From the NCBI RefSeq assembly GCF_964204645.1, contig NC_134026.1, forward strand, positions 14,542,150 to 14,606,149: 64,000 nucleotides of DNA, given 5' to 3'. Under the pieces are notes generated by a model that saw only the letters and a program-made list of their open reading frames with translations, was not told the DNA's origin and made no database searches. Origin of the DNA: Tubulanus polymorphus. Taxonomy: Eukaryota; Animalia; Nemertea. Every line of letters begins with the position of its first letter. Positions within the stretch are counted from its first letter, which is position 1. Position numbers and translations under genes: made by a program. Below, one piece after another: positions 23,672 through 35,371 of this stretch.

Positions 23672-25224
23672 TATTGAATCAGTTTTGTGAGTTAATCTTA
23701 TAAATAAATGAGTGAAAATTTATTAAATTCATTACACCTTATTTACAGAAATGAACCTTAAATGAATATTAAATCAATTATTATGCTTACAGGATTAGTT
23801 TCTTAAACATATATATAAAACAGTTGTTAGAATTCTATGATAATTGCAAAATTAGATACGCTGAATTAAAAGATAATATCAATTATCTATCAGATAGAAT
23901 TAATAATATTAAGTGTTGTGAAAAATGTAATAAAAGATATAAAAATGAAATCATTAAGAAATCATAAATATATTCATGAATTAGATGAAAAATTACATGA
24001 ATCAAAATAAGAAATTAGACTGTTAAATTGGTTGAAAATATAAGATATATTAGTTGAATATATGAAATATTGTATGAAATATTAGTTAATCAAAAAGGGG
24101 GGTTTTAGGTATTAATGGTATTAAATACGTATTAATGGTATTAAATACATATTATGCTTTATTTCTGAAATAATTGAAGTCACAGAAGTAATTTATTTTT
24201 TAATTTATTCATATATGATATTGTAATTCTTTACATTTGACCTGGATAATACAATAGCGATATTAGTTAGTTGGTTTATTCAAATAGAAAAATATTAAAA
24301 TAATACAAGAGTGATATTAGCAGTTAAATCTTTTTGATTTCTTTTTAAATCTAGTCAATTCTTTTTAACCAATAGCGTGAATAGAAATAAAAAGATTTAA
24401 ATAAAAAAAACAATAAGTTACTTTATCTTATACTAAGTTATTTTACTTATTGTTTTTTTAGTTTACAGTTTTAATAGAAAAATATTGAAATAATACAAGA
24501 GTGATATTAGCGGTTAAATCTTTTTGATTTCTGTTCACGCTATTGGTTAAAAAGAATTGACTGAATTTAAAAAGAAATCAAAAAGATTTAACCGCTAATA
24601 TCACTCTTGTATTATTTCAATATTTTTCTATTAAAACTGTATTAGATATTTTAGGATTTTTGGCGCCATTATCTAAAGTATCGACAAGTTCAGTAATTAA
24701 ATATGTTCCCTTTAATGATATTTGATAAATCATTGTAATACTATCGATTTTATATTGTCTTCCATACTCTAAATTTGTTGCTGAGATATAATTTTTAATG
24801 TTAAATAATGAAAATAATTCATTGGTTTCATTGATTTCGATTTTGAATATCGGTTCTTCTTCTTCTATGTTTATTTTATAACAAAACTTTTATTAAAACT
24901 CATTCAAATATAAATATTCAATGTTAAAATATGAATTATTTCTCACACTTAACTCACACTTTTATGTTAAAAAATCTAATTTTAATCAACTCGTTAATTA
25001 CTCGTTAATTTCTATTTTATTTCACACTTTACTCACACTTTACTCACATTTTTATGATTAATATAAAAATGATTCATAATTTATTTTCAAATATATGACA
25101 TTCATGTAAATAATATTCATATTATTAGAGTAATAGGGAATAATTTGTTTCATATCAAAGGTTGAAGGGGGGAGTGAGCTCGACCCTTCGACCTTTGGTA
25201 TGAAACAACTTATTCCCTATTACT

Positions 25225-25664
25225 AATGTTGAACTCCTTTCATACAAGTAAAGGTGGAAACGCCTGACGGACCAGTAAATGGCGAGCGCTTCGCGATCAA
25301 TTTGCGGATATCGAGCCTCGGTCGCTGACAGAGGATGACTCGCGAAGTGTATCGGAGTTATCACATTACGATTAGGTTCTTTCTGGGCAAGAACTGCGCC
25401 AAGCCCGATCGGACTGCCATCTACATACAGGATTGTCTGTTTTCCGGGATCGAAATAACCCAAAATGGTTTTGGCAGATAGGGCAGCTTTTAAGTTGATC
25501 CAAGGCCAACTGCGTCAATTTCCGTAGCGGTCTGGTAATGAGCGCGAAATCTTTGATGAATCGAGAACAGAACGCTGCGGAACTAAGGAGGCTACGAATC
25601 TCTGTTACGTTGGTCGGTGAAGAGATTGCAAGTCATCTACCTTACGAGAGTCAGGTGAGATACC
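25225..25664 (-). pseudogene. Gypsy pol fragment: end of RT and RNase H
   Basis: GISPD.RKV, YFDP, VDGSPIGLGAVLAQ, YPQIDREALAI, FHLYLY. Confidence 0.88.
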
Positions 25665-26131
25665 AGTAATAGGGGTAATAGGCTTTCAGATCAAAGGTCG
25701 AAAGGTCGAGCTCATAAAAAATGAAAAAATATGAAAATAACAATAATTTCTATTTGAATTAGTAGCAAAACTCATAAAAAATGAAAAATAATTCTCGCAC
25801 GCTCGAATTTATTTTTCATTTTTTATGAGTTTCACTCCTATTACCCCTATTACTCTTAAAATATTCATATATATGGATAATATATATATGAATAACATTT
25901 AAATTGACAGATTATTCAATATAAATTAAGTGTTAGTAAAAAAGTAACGAGTAATTAACGAGCTCTTATATAATATATAGATAGATATATTTACAACATT
26001 ATTTCAATATTTATATTTGTATGAGTTAGATTTTTAAACATTAAAAGTGTTAGTAAAGTGTGATTGAAATAATACATGATATAAATCATTGAACTTCTAA
26101 AATCAATTTCGTAAAAAAATATGTATAATAA

Positions 26132-26800
26132 ATGGAATCAGAACACAGAACAACCACAAACTATAAATATTACACTGGTGTTATAAATATATACTACAAG
26201 AAGTGTTCTAAATGTGATTTAGATAAATTAGCTTTAACAGAATTTAGTAAGCGTAAGATTAGCAAAGATGGTTTTCAATATTGCTGTAAAACTTGTACTA
26301 AACTATATACCAAACAATATCGAGAAGATAATATAGAACATTATAATTATTATATGGCAGAATATATGAGAGAAAGATATCAAACAGATCTTAATTTTAG
26401 ATTGAAACAATGCTTAAGGACTAGATTAACACAATTATTCAACTAAGAAATACATTCAGAAACACTATCTAATTTATTGGGTTGTTCAGATGAATTCTTA
26501 AAATCATGGATAATATATCAATTCGATGATAAAATGAATATAGATAATTATGGTGAATACTTTCATATTGATCACGTGATGCCGATTTCTAAATTTGACA
26601 TGAGTGATGATTATAATAAGAAGCTAATCTGGAACTGGAGAAATTTAAGGCCTTTAGAAAAGAAAGAAAATATAATTAAATCTAACAAACTAGATATGAA
26701 ATTATATTTAGATCAACTGGATAAAGAAAAGACATTTGTTGAATTATGGAATAGTATTTCACAGAATCAACCGCATTCTGAGGTTTTAATCAGTGGTTAG
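26132..26800 (+). pseudogene. HNH-type endonuclease with N-terminal CxxC zinc motifs (giant-virus-like), one internal stop
   Basis: CSKC...CKTC, LGCS, HIDHVMP, NLRPL...EN..K. ORFs 26132-26446 and 26477-26800 are in the same frame, split by one TAA. Confidence 0.75.
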
Positions 26801-27254
26801 AAAGCTGGCAATTCTATTTGAGCTTTGTATGTCTATAATACATAGCTTTTGCTTACTACTAAAACATATGTTGCCAAATATATCTTGTTTTCAATTCTAA
26901 AGAATTAATTAACTTCATCATAAAGAACATCTGTTACAATCCAGGCAAACATGCAGAAATAATTAGTTTCGTCGAACGTGCGCCACGTCGGCAGTTAGAA
27001 ATCAACTTTCACATACATAGTACGTATTGGATATTCTCTCTCAAAACACAGTTTACAGTTCTAAATCTAAATTTAAGTACCGTTTTTGTAGTTATTATGA
27101 AGTAGGGAAACCTTTAAACATATTTAAGTACAGTAATTCATTTTCACGACATCTTTTAGATTAAAATGGAATACAGAGATCAACCAGAAATTCCAAGCCA
27201 ACCATCGGAAAAGGAACTAATGCTGCTGGATAGTGAAAACAGGAATCAATAGAA

Positions 27255-27614
27255 ATGGAGGATGAAACTCTCGTAATTGACGAACAAACTTCACCAAAAT
27301 TACAAGAACATTTGGACTATCATCAAGAAATGGTGAAGATTCTGAGTGATGTAATACATAATAAACAATTACCAAAATTACCAGCAACGCGACTTAAATT
27401 GCTGTTGGGACTCAAAGAATCGAAAACTAAGAAAATGAGTGGAGATATCAGCGCCAGCTTTGAAAGAAAACTGAGAAGAATAGGTAGATTAATAAAATAT
27501 GAAAAATTCAAAATATTAGGATTAGCATTTAGTGAAGTAGTCAGATATTTACCAGAAATTGAAGAAATGATTGGAAACAATCCAGTAATTAAAGAATTCT
27601 GGACAAAATTATAA
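27255..27614 (+). CDS. Polinton hypothetical protein
   Basis: 119-aa helical-looking ORF inside copy B; no motif recognised. Confidence 0.55.
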   Translation: MEDETLVIDEQTSPKLQEHLDYHQEMVKILSDVIHNKQLPKLPATRLKLLLGLKESKTKKMSGDISASFERKLRRIGRLIKYEKFKILGLAFSEVVRYLPEIEEMIGNNPVIKEFWTKL

Positions 27615-27681
27615 ATTATAACACTGAAGGTCTTAGATATAAAAAAATGTAATCTCGATTGTATATATCTGTTTTAATATT

Positions 27682-28035
27682 GTATTGATTACTGTTAACT
27701 AAGTATTGCGCAATAACCGGTCCGATTGGACCGCTTTTCTGTTGTTCTCCATTGTTCTATTATTGATCGTTGTTAATGGCGGCGGTTGTTCTGTATTGAT
27801 TGTTTACTGTTAACTAAGTATTGCGCAATAACCGGTCCGAATGGACCGCTTTTCTATTGCTCTCCATTGTTCTATTATTGATCGTTGTTGACGGAAACAG
27901 CTGCTCAATTTTGATTGGTTACATTTCTATGTTTGAATATTGTAGTTTACAGAATAAAAATGTAACTGTGTATTGCGCAATAACCGGTCCGATTGGACCG
28001 CTTTTCTATTGTTCTCCATTGTTCTATTATCGATC
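27682..28035. repeat. Three-copy palindromic repeat inside Polinton B
   Basis: TATTGCGCAATA-AC-CGGTCC-GA(T/A)T-GGACCG at 27704, 27819 and 27971. Confidence 0.9.
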
Positions 28036-28766
28036 GCTAAAATTACATAATAAATATATGTGTTTATGAAATAATATTTCCACCAGTCGTTTCGTTGAAT
28101 TGATTTTCAGTTGAGGATTTATTATCGAGGATCCGAAATGACTTATCAAAAGCAGCGAGGAATGAAAAAGGATGACGTTAGTCGAAGAAATGGAAGAGGA
28201 TTCTAAAATGTTAATCAATTTTAATAAAAATTTGATTTATAAATGGAAAGGAATGATGAATACAATAAAAAACTTATTTGGAATTGGAAAAATTTAAGAC
28301 CTCTTGAAAAGAAAGAAAATAAAATATAATCTAATAAACTAGATTGACAGTTATATTTAGAACAGTTAACAAAGGCAAAGAAATTTATTGATCAATGGAA
28401 CAATGATCCAAATAATGAACAATACGTTGAGGAATTTGATATCAAGGATCCGAAATGACTTATCTGGACAGTTATAACTACTGCTCCTAATAGATAAACA
28501 AAAGTAGTGAGATATCAAATAGAATTCAAATAAAATATATTAAAAAAGCAATAACTTCAACTAGCCATTATTTCTATTTTAATTTTTAATAATTTCTTTT
28601 ACAATTCTTTTCAAAAGAGAATACTTTATATCGCAAATAAAAAATCCTAAAAAAACAATAACTAATACTAAAATTTTTTACCTTTAACTAACTAGTATTA
28701 ACCCAAAGAGATGCTGGTATCATTTTATAATACTTATATTTTTTTTCGCTTTTTTCTCTAATATAA

Positions 28767-29369
28767 ATGTCAAAGAAATCGAGTAAGAATAGTATTGATA
28801 TTGAAAAGACATTAGATGATTTGGGTATAAGTGATAATAAAGATACAGTTGTAACTAATTGTGCTCAAGTTAATTGTAATATTGATTATGAATACTATTT
28901 ATATTGTAAACACCATCTTGAATTACTAATTGCTGGCGGGAAATCTAAAGAGTTTTTAACTAAGACTATTACTTTTCAAGAATTAGATGCTATGAAACCA
29001 GATAAAGTAATAAAATATTTTAATATTTATGAAGAAGCTAGATTAGCTAGAATAAATGATTCTATTTCAGATGGTATTGTCAAATGTTATTCTAAGTTAT
29101 GTAACCAGTTAATACCAATTGATGATGAAAATAAATTATATAGTGATTTAAAAAATGACTACTTAGTTATGACTGAATTACAAAAATGGGTTGGTTATGC
29201 TTCATTTCAATTAGGATCTGTTATGACATTAATTTCTACTGGTGTCATAATATTTTCGAACATCAAGCCTATGGAATATAAATCAGGTAAGAACGAAACA
29301 GATGTACTACAACCAAACGTCGAAACAGAAAATGAATCAGAACAAAAATTAACTAAAATAAATGAGTGA
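28767..29369 (+). CDS. Polinton hypothetical protein with a C-terminal hydrophobic segment
   Basis: 200-aa intact ORF with T-run/TAAATG start. Confidence 0.7.
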   Translation: MSKKSSKNSIDIEKTLDDLGISDNKDTVVTNCAQVNCNIDYEYYLYCKHHLELLIAGGKSKEFLTKTITFQELDAMKPDKVIKYFNIYEEARLARINDSISDGIVKCYSKLCNQLIPIDDENKLYSDLKNDYLVMTELQKWVGYASFQLGSVMTLISTGVIIFSNIKPMEYKSGKNETDVLQPNVETENESEQKLTKINE

Positions 29370-29758
29370 TGGCGTTAAGAAAAAGCCTAGATCCGAGAAA
29401 CAAATTAAATGGACAAGAGAATTAGGTAAAAGATCTTCAGAATTAAAAAAAGCTAAGAAAAAAAATTAACTGATATAAATGAATCACAGACTTTATCTGA
29501 TATTAATTCAAATAATAATCCATCTGATTCTTCTAATAGTGAAAGAAATAATTACTTATATATTACAATTGGGTTAATCACAATTATTATATTATCCGGT
29601 GTAATATATAAATCAAAATTCAAATCTGATGATAAAGATGATTCCAATGATAATCGGAAACTTAGTTATCCGTGTACAGGCAATAAACCTATCATACCAG
29701 AAAATAAGTCAAATCATAAAGTCATTGAAACTAAATCTAAATTATTATTAATGGATTA
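29362..29758 (+). pseudogene. Basic N-terminus, single-TM protein, frameshifted in an A-run
   Basis: MSDGVKKKPRSEKQIKW..., then YLYITIGLITIIILSGVIY in another frame. Confidence 0.55.
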
Positions 29759-29765
29759 AAATAAG

Positions 29766-30844
29766 ATGAAAAAAGAACAATATTTAAGAGATTTATATTA
29801 CAACCCAGAAAGTGAAGTATCATATTCTAACGTTTCAGAATTATGGAATAAAATTAAATCTGATAATGAAAATGGTAATATAAAATATAGTGAATTAAAA
29901 TCATGGTTACAAAATCAACCAACATATCAAATCCACAAGAAAATGGATAAAACTTATTTTACAAGAAAAGTTAAGGTTTCATATATCGATCAACAATGGC
30001 AAGCAGATTTAATTGACATGAAGAACTTAGAAGAATACAACAAAGGATATTTCTGGATATTAAATGTTATAGATATATTCAGTAGATATGCATGGTCAAT
30101 TCCAATCAAAAATAAAACTGGTATAGAAGTAACAAATGCTTTTAAATCTATATTTAAAGAAGCTATTCCAGATAAGATACAATTTGATGAAGGTAAAGAA
30201 TTTTATAACAAACATTTAAAAAAACTATTATCTGATAACGATGTAGATTATTTTCAACACATTCAGATAAAAAAGCATCTAATATAGAAAGATTTAATAA
30301 AACATAGAAAACTAGAATGTGGAAATATTTTACTGCTAATGAAACATATAAATATATCGATGTGTTAGATGATTTAGTGAAAGGTTATAATAATTCTAAA
30401 CATAGTTCTATAAATATGAAACCTATACAAGCTAGAAAAGAAGATAATTCGGAAATAGTTTGGAATAATTTATATGGAGCATTTGTTACACATGATTTCG
30501 GAGAACCTAAATTTAACAACACAATATCTAAATATAGAAAAACCTTTTATAAAGGTTATACCCCTAATTTTACAGAAGAAATATTTAAGATTAAAAAGAT
30601 AATATTAACTAAACCTTTTGTTTATAAATTAGAAGATTTAAAAGATGAAGAAATATTAGGTTATTTCTATGAACAAGAATTATCACTTGTACCAAATCCA
30701 GATGAAATAGAATACAAAATAGAAAAAGTATTGAGAACAAAAACTCTTAAAGGAAAAAAGTATTCTTTGGTGAAATATAAAGGATATGATGATAAATTTA
30801 ATGAATGGATTTTATCTAGTAAAATTAAAAGAATAAATGAATAA
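29766..30844 (+). pseudogene. Retroviral-like (rve) integrase with C-terminal chromodomain, frameshifted
   Basis: WQADLIDM, IDIFSRYAW, FDEGKEF, IERFN, YNNSKHSSI, FYEQEL; chromodomain YKIEKVL...LVKYKGYDDKFNEWI. Confidence 0.93.
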
Positions 30845-31452
30845 AGATTTATTTATATTTGAACCGCATAATATGTTAGTTACTGATGTAACCAATTGTG
30901 GTAAAACACATTTCATATTAGATTTGTTAGAAACTATTTATAAGAATCATTTTGATAATATGATATTATTCTGTCCTACTTATGAAATGAATCAAACATA
31001 TAATAGAGATATAGTTAAAATAAAAAAGTGTATTATATTAGATCCTAAAACAGTAAAAGAAAATTTAGATAATTGTATAAAAATAGCAATTGATACTTAT
31101 AAAGGATCAAATACATTATTCATTATAGATGATTGCGCAAATTTACATGATTCAAAAGTAAGAGAAAGTGAGTTATGTTATTTAGCTTTCTCTTGAAGAC
31201 ATTTCGGGATAACAACATGGGTTTTAAATCAAAAATATAATTCAATTGTTAAAGACTTTAGGGAGAATATAAGATTTCTAGTTTTATTCTACAATAAAGA
31301 TAGAAAATTTATGCAACAATCATTGGAAGAAAATCACATTATACCTACTGAATTACATGATGAATATATGAATATATAAATTAAAGAATAATAAATGTTC
31401 AAAATTATTACTGAGACTACAATTTCCATATGAATATAAATTTATAAAATAA
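30837..31452 (+). pseudogene. A32/FtsK-like DNA packaging ATPase
   Basis: Degenerate Walker A (DVTNCGKT), Walker B LFIIDD, then S*RH (TGA in place of the SGRH Gly); the frame continues past 31196. Confidence 0.88.
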
Positions 31453-31795
31453 CTATTTATATACCTATGTATTAGATACCCTATTTGATACCCTAATACC
31501 TGATACCCTATTAGATACCTTAAATACTTAAAACCCCCTTTTTTAAAATAAATATTATTTATACAATTTTCAACCAATTTATTTTTATTTTTTCAACTAA
31601 TATATGAATAAGTTTGAAAATAATAAAGGTTATTTATTATTACTGAGGTTTCAATTTCCATATGAATATCAGTTTATAAAATAAGATATTTTATGTATTA
31701 GATTGTATTAGATTGTATTAAATATGTATTAGATACCTTAAATACCTTAAATACTTAAAACCCCCTTTTTAAAATAAATATTATTTTTACAATTT

Positions 31796-32683
31796 TCAAC
31801 CTTTATTACTTTTTGAGTTAAATATAATTAATATCTTAATCACTTTCACCATCAGACCCCCTAACAATTTATTCAAATGCTCTATCGAATCTTCTTCTAA
31901 TCCTTCATTATTTTTATACTTATTCTTCACCCTTTTTACCGCATCATCAATAGTTGTTTCATTGTTATGCTTATTCATCCAATCAAATTTATCATTATTT
32001 TCTACTTTATGTTACATAGAATCTTTATTATCAATATCTGTAACTATATTTTCATTATTATCTTTATTAGTGTTTGCTCCTAATATTTCATTTACAATGT
32101 TTGATCCTAATATTTTATTAGCATCGGTTAAATCTAATTCATCTTTATTAGGTGTTGCTAATAATAAATGTTCATATAATTGTTTACCATTTACTTTTTT
32201 ATTTGAAACAAACTTTGTAACATATCTAAATGGGTGTTCTATAAATTCTCTTAAACCAACACGTTCTATAACATTAGTAATATGTACCTTTGTATTCATA
32301 TGTTTATTCCAATTTGATGGAGCGTTTGAAAATTCACCTTTACAATAATCACAAAAATTTCTTTTTTCACTAATATTTAATATTATTTCATTATTTGATG
32401 TAGAAGGTATTACATTATTAGATGTAGAAGGTATTACATTATTAGATGTAGAAGGTATTTCATTATTAGATGTAGAAGGTATTACATTATTATCAATTAC
32501 ATTATTTAAATTATCAACAACTTAACTTTTATTATTATCTATTTCTATTAGTTTAGTTTTATAAATTTTGAAAATAGGATCAAATATCAAAGCTATATTA
32601 CAAGGTATTATATGATATAAACCATCATTATTTTCATGTGTATCGATGTATGGAATATGGTTATATACTTTACCTCCTTCCAT
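31796..32683 (-). pseudogene. Decayed ORF downstream of MCP with a 21-bp repeat and CDYC...H zinc finger
   Basis: TAAATG start at 32683; TTAGATGTAGAAGGTATTACA x4 at ~32396-32490; FCDYCKGEF...HMNTKVH. Confidence 0.55.
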
Positions 32684-33963
32684 TTATTATATAAATGTTT
32701 ATTAAAGTTAAAATTTTGATTCATAACACTATTTAATTGAGAATTTACAATATTTAGTTGTGCGTCAGATATAATATAAATGTGCATTTTAAAATTTTTG
32801 ATTCCTTTATTCTTTGTCATGAATAATTGTATTCCATCTTTAGTGTTTTGTAATTTTTTTCCAGAACCATGTAATGAATTATCCTCTGTTGTTCTAAAAT
32901 CTAACCATAATGCATATTTATTGCCGGTATAATAATCAATTTGATTAATATTACAATTTTCAGATGATTTTACTTTTTCATTCATAAAATGTTTTCTAAT
33001 TTCTGGCCATTGATCAATCATTCTCATTCCTTGACAAAATATTTTATTTGCTATTTCTTCGATAGTTATTTCTACTTTTGTTATTTCAGGATTATAATAA
33101 TTATCAATATTTATTGCGCCATTAGTATATGTTGCAATGGTAAAAAATATTAATATACCTTTAATAGATCTTCTTGGGAAGTTAATATTCTCATTAATTA
33201 TTTCATCATTTGTATTAATAGTTACAGTTTTAAATTTATCAATATAATCATATGATAATAAAAATCCTTGATTGTATTGAGTTTGAATTATACTTGAAAT
33301 ATTTTCATCAGTTTCTGTATCATATTCTAAACATATATTCGATAATTTATAACTCATATCTTTATTAACGCTAGATCTTACAATTTCATTTACAGGAGCA
33401 AATGTTATTTCGAATATAACGTCTTCTTGAATTGCGTATTTATATAAAGGCGCATTATTATTTATCAATTCAAACTCTAATGGAATTTTATATTTGCTTC
33501 CGTATATACTTTTTATCAATTTATCTATAGCATTAGTTAATATTGCATTATGTGCTTCTGATCTTAATTTATTTTGGTTTTCTGATTGGATTCCTTGAAA
33601 TATCATATTATTTCTATTTTCTTTAGTTAACCATAAATCTTTATAATGCATAAATAAATTATAATCATCTAATGAGAAAACTGTTTCTGGACCAATCTTT
33701 ATTGATAATTTTTTAATCAAATATCTTCCAACATTATCAACAACATAATTATTATTATTACCGATTACTTTTATATCGGCTGATAAATAAATACTATTTG
33801 GAACATAAAAAGTATTTTGTGTTAATCGAGGGATTCTAACATATAAAGTTTCATCAGGATTAATATTAGAAGGGTTATGAGTAATTATATGATGTGATCT
33901 TTCTGCTTTAATAGCATTAGATATTCTATGATTCTTAGAAGGATTGATATAACTCCCACTCAT
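32608..33963 (-). CDS. Major capsid protein, copy B (stop codon lost, 36-aa extension)
   Basis: Near-identical to 11400-12647; TATTAA changed to AATCAA removes the stop. Confidence 0.82.
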   Translation of the reverse strand: MSGSYINPSKNHRISNAIKAERSHHIITHNPSNINPDETLYVRIPRLTQNTFYVPNSIYLSADIKVIGNNNNYVVDNVGRYLIKKLSIKIGPETVFSLDDYNLFMHYKDLWLTKENRNNMIFQGIQSENQNKLRSEAHNAILTNAIDKLIKSIYGSKYKIPLEFELINNNAPLYKYAIQEDVIFEITFAPVNEIVRSSVNKDMSYKLSNICLEYDTETDENISSIIQTQYNQGFLLSYDYIDKFKTVTINTNDEIINENINFPRRSIKGILIFFTIATYTNGAINIDNYYNPEITKVEITIEEIANKIFCQGMRMIDQWPEIRKHFMNEKVKSSENCNINQIDYYTGNKYALWLDFRTTEDNSLHGSGKKLQNTKDGIQLFMTKNKGIKNFKMHIYIISDAQLNIVNSQLNSVMNQNFNFNKHLYNKWKEVKYITIFHTSIHMKIMMVYII

Positions 33964-34003
33964 TTATTTAACAAAAAAATTAAATATTTATTTTTTATCA
34001 TGT

Positions 34004-35356
34004 TTACTTGATATTTTTTGATATCATGTTTACTAACCCAAAAATAATAGCACTTACAACTGTAATTAAAAATAAAATAATATGTTCAGCAGCAAAGTTA
34101 ATAATGTTTCCTGCAGATTTCAATATAAAACCAACAATTGATGCAATAACTCCGGGCAATGCTGCAGCAGATTTTTTAGATAGTTCCCATAAATATTTTG
34201 CTAATTTCTTTAAACCATCTTTAACTTTATCTTGTATAGAATTATTACCTGGGGGCTTATCCGGTTTATTTGGAGTAGGAGTAGATTTTAAAGCATTTGA
34301 TATTGCTAAACCAATTGTTGTAAATAACATAGTTACAGCTGTTAGAATTGATAGAATTGTTATACCTTCTAACTTAAATAATAATTCTATTCTATCTTTT
34401 AATGATATTTTAGAAACTGGTTTTATTATTAACTCTTTAAAAATAACTTTTAATCTATTAATATTATAATCATATGATTTTAATAATAATTTAATTTCTC
34501 CTTTTTGTAATTCTATGTTATATTCTAAATCATCTTTTTCTTTTTCTAAACGTAATTCTTTTTGCCTATATTCTATTTCATCAATTACTTGATGATCTAA
34601 ATCAGACTTGTTCTATTTCTTTATTTTTATCAGTTAATTCTTTTTCTAAAGTTCTAATTTTAAAATCTCTTATACTTTTATCATGCGCAATTTTATCAGA
34701 TGCAAGTCTTATACTTTTAATTTCTCTAATTGCTTCATCAGAAAATATATTATTTAAATCTTCTAATTGTTGATATGTTGCATCAATTAATCCATTCGGT
34801 AAAAGTTTTTCAATTGGGACTTTATTTGATTTAAGTTTACTAGTTTTGGAAGTTTTATTCTGTTCAGAAGTTGTTTCTGTTTCTGATTTCTTTTTGATTA
34901 TTTCAAATAATTCATTAATTCTTTGTTTAAATACTCTTCTATTTTTATTTATTTCTGTGTCGGTAACATCAGTTATTACATTACTATTACTTATTCTTTT
35001 AATTCTATCTGGATCTAAATCACTCAATCAGCATCTCTATCATTTATATTATACCCAGATCTTTCAAATACAGGTTTGAATATATGTATAAATTCATTAT
35101 ATTCTAAATTTTTCTTTGATAAATCTGGATTTTCATTTTCAGTAGGTATTCTCGATTTAGCTCCTCTAATATATTCATCTGTTGATGGGGCTTTAGAACC
35201 ACTATCTGTTAAATTAGAATTATATGCTGATGAATTATCATCATCAATATTAGTCTCATTAAGATTAGCACCTGCATCATTATAATCATCATCAATATAT
35301 CCTTCATCATTATTTCCCATGTCACCCAATGGAATATCTTCTCCACCTTCTGCCAT
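34004..35356 (-). pseudogene. Coiled-coil/TM protein, copy B, frameshifted
   Basis: Fragments homologous to 7064-8530. Confidence 0.82.
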
Positions 35357-35371
35357 TTACATAATAATAAA

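Larger units (their letters stand above)
22322..25224. mobile_element. Non-autonomous Polinton derivative (2.9 kb)
   Basis: AGTAATAGGG...CCCTATTACT ends; TIRs ~22322-22913 and ~24630-25224; TSD AATGGT (22316-22321) and AATGTT (25225-25230); interrupts Gypsy RNase H at EF|TIVTDH. Confidence 0.92.

Noticed and set aside
27682-28035. Mini CRISPR array
   Set aside because: Only three irregularly spaced units with largely repeated intervening sequence.
32608-32720. Functional C-terminally extended MCP isoform
   Set aside because: The extension comes from a lost stop and overlaps the next gene; its second occurrence at ~9790-9904 is a copy of the same lesion.
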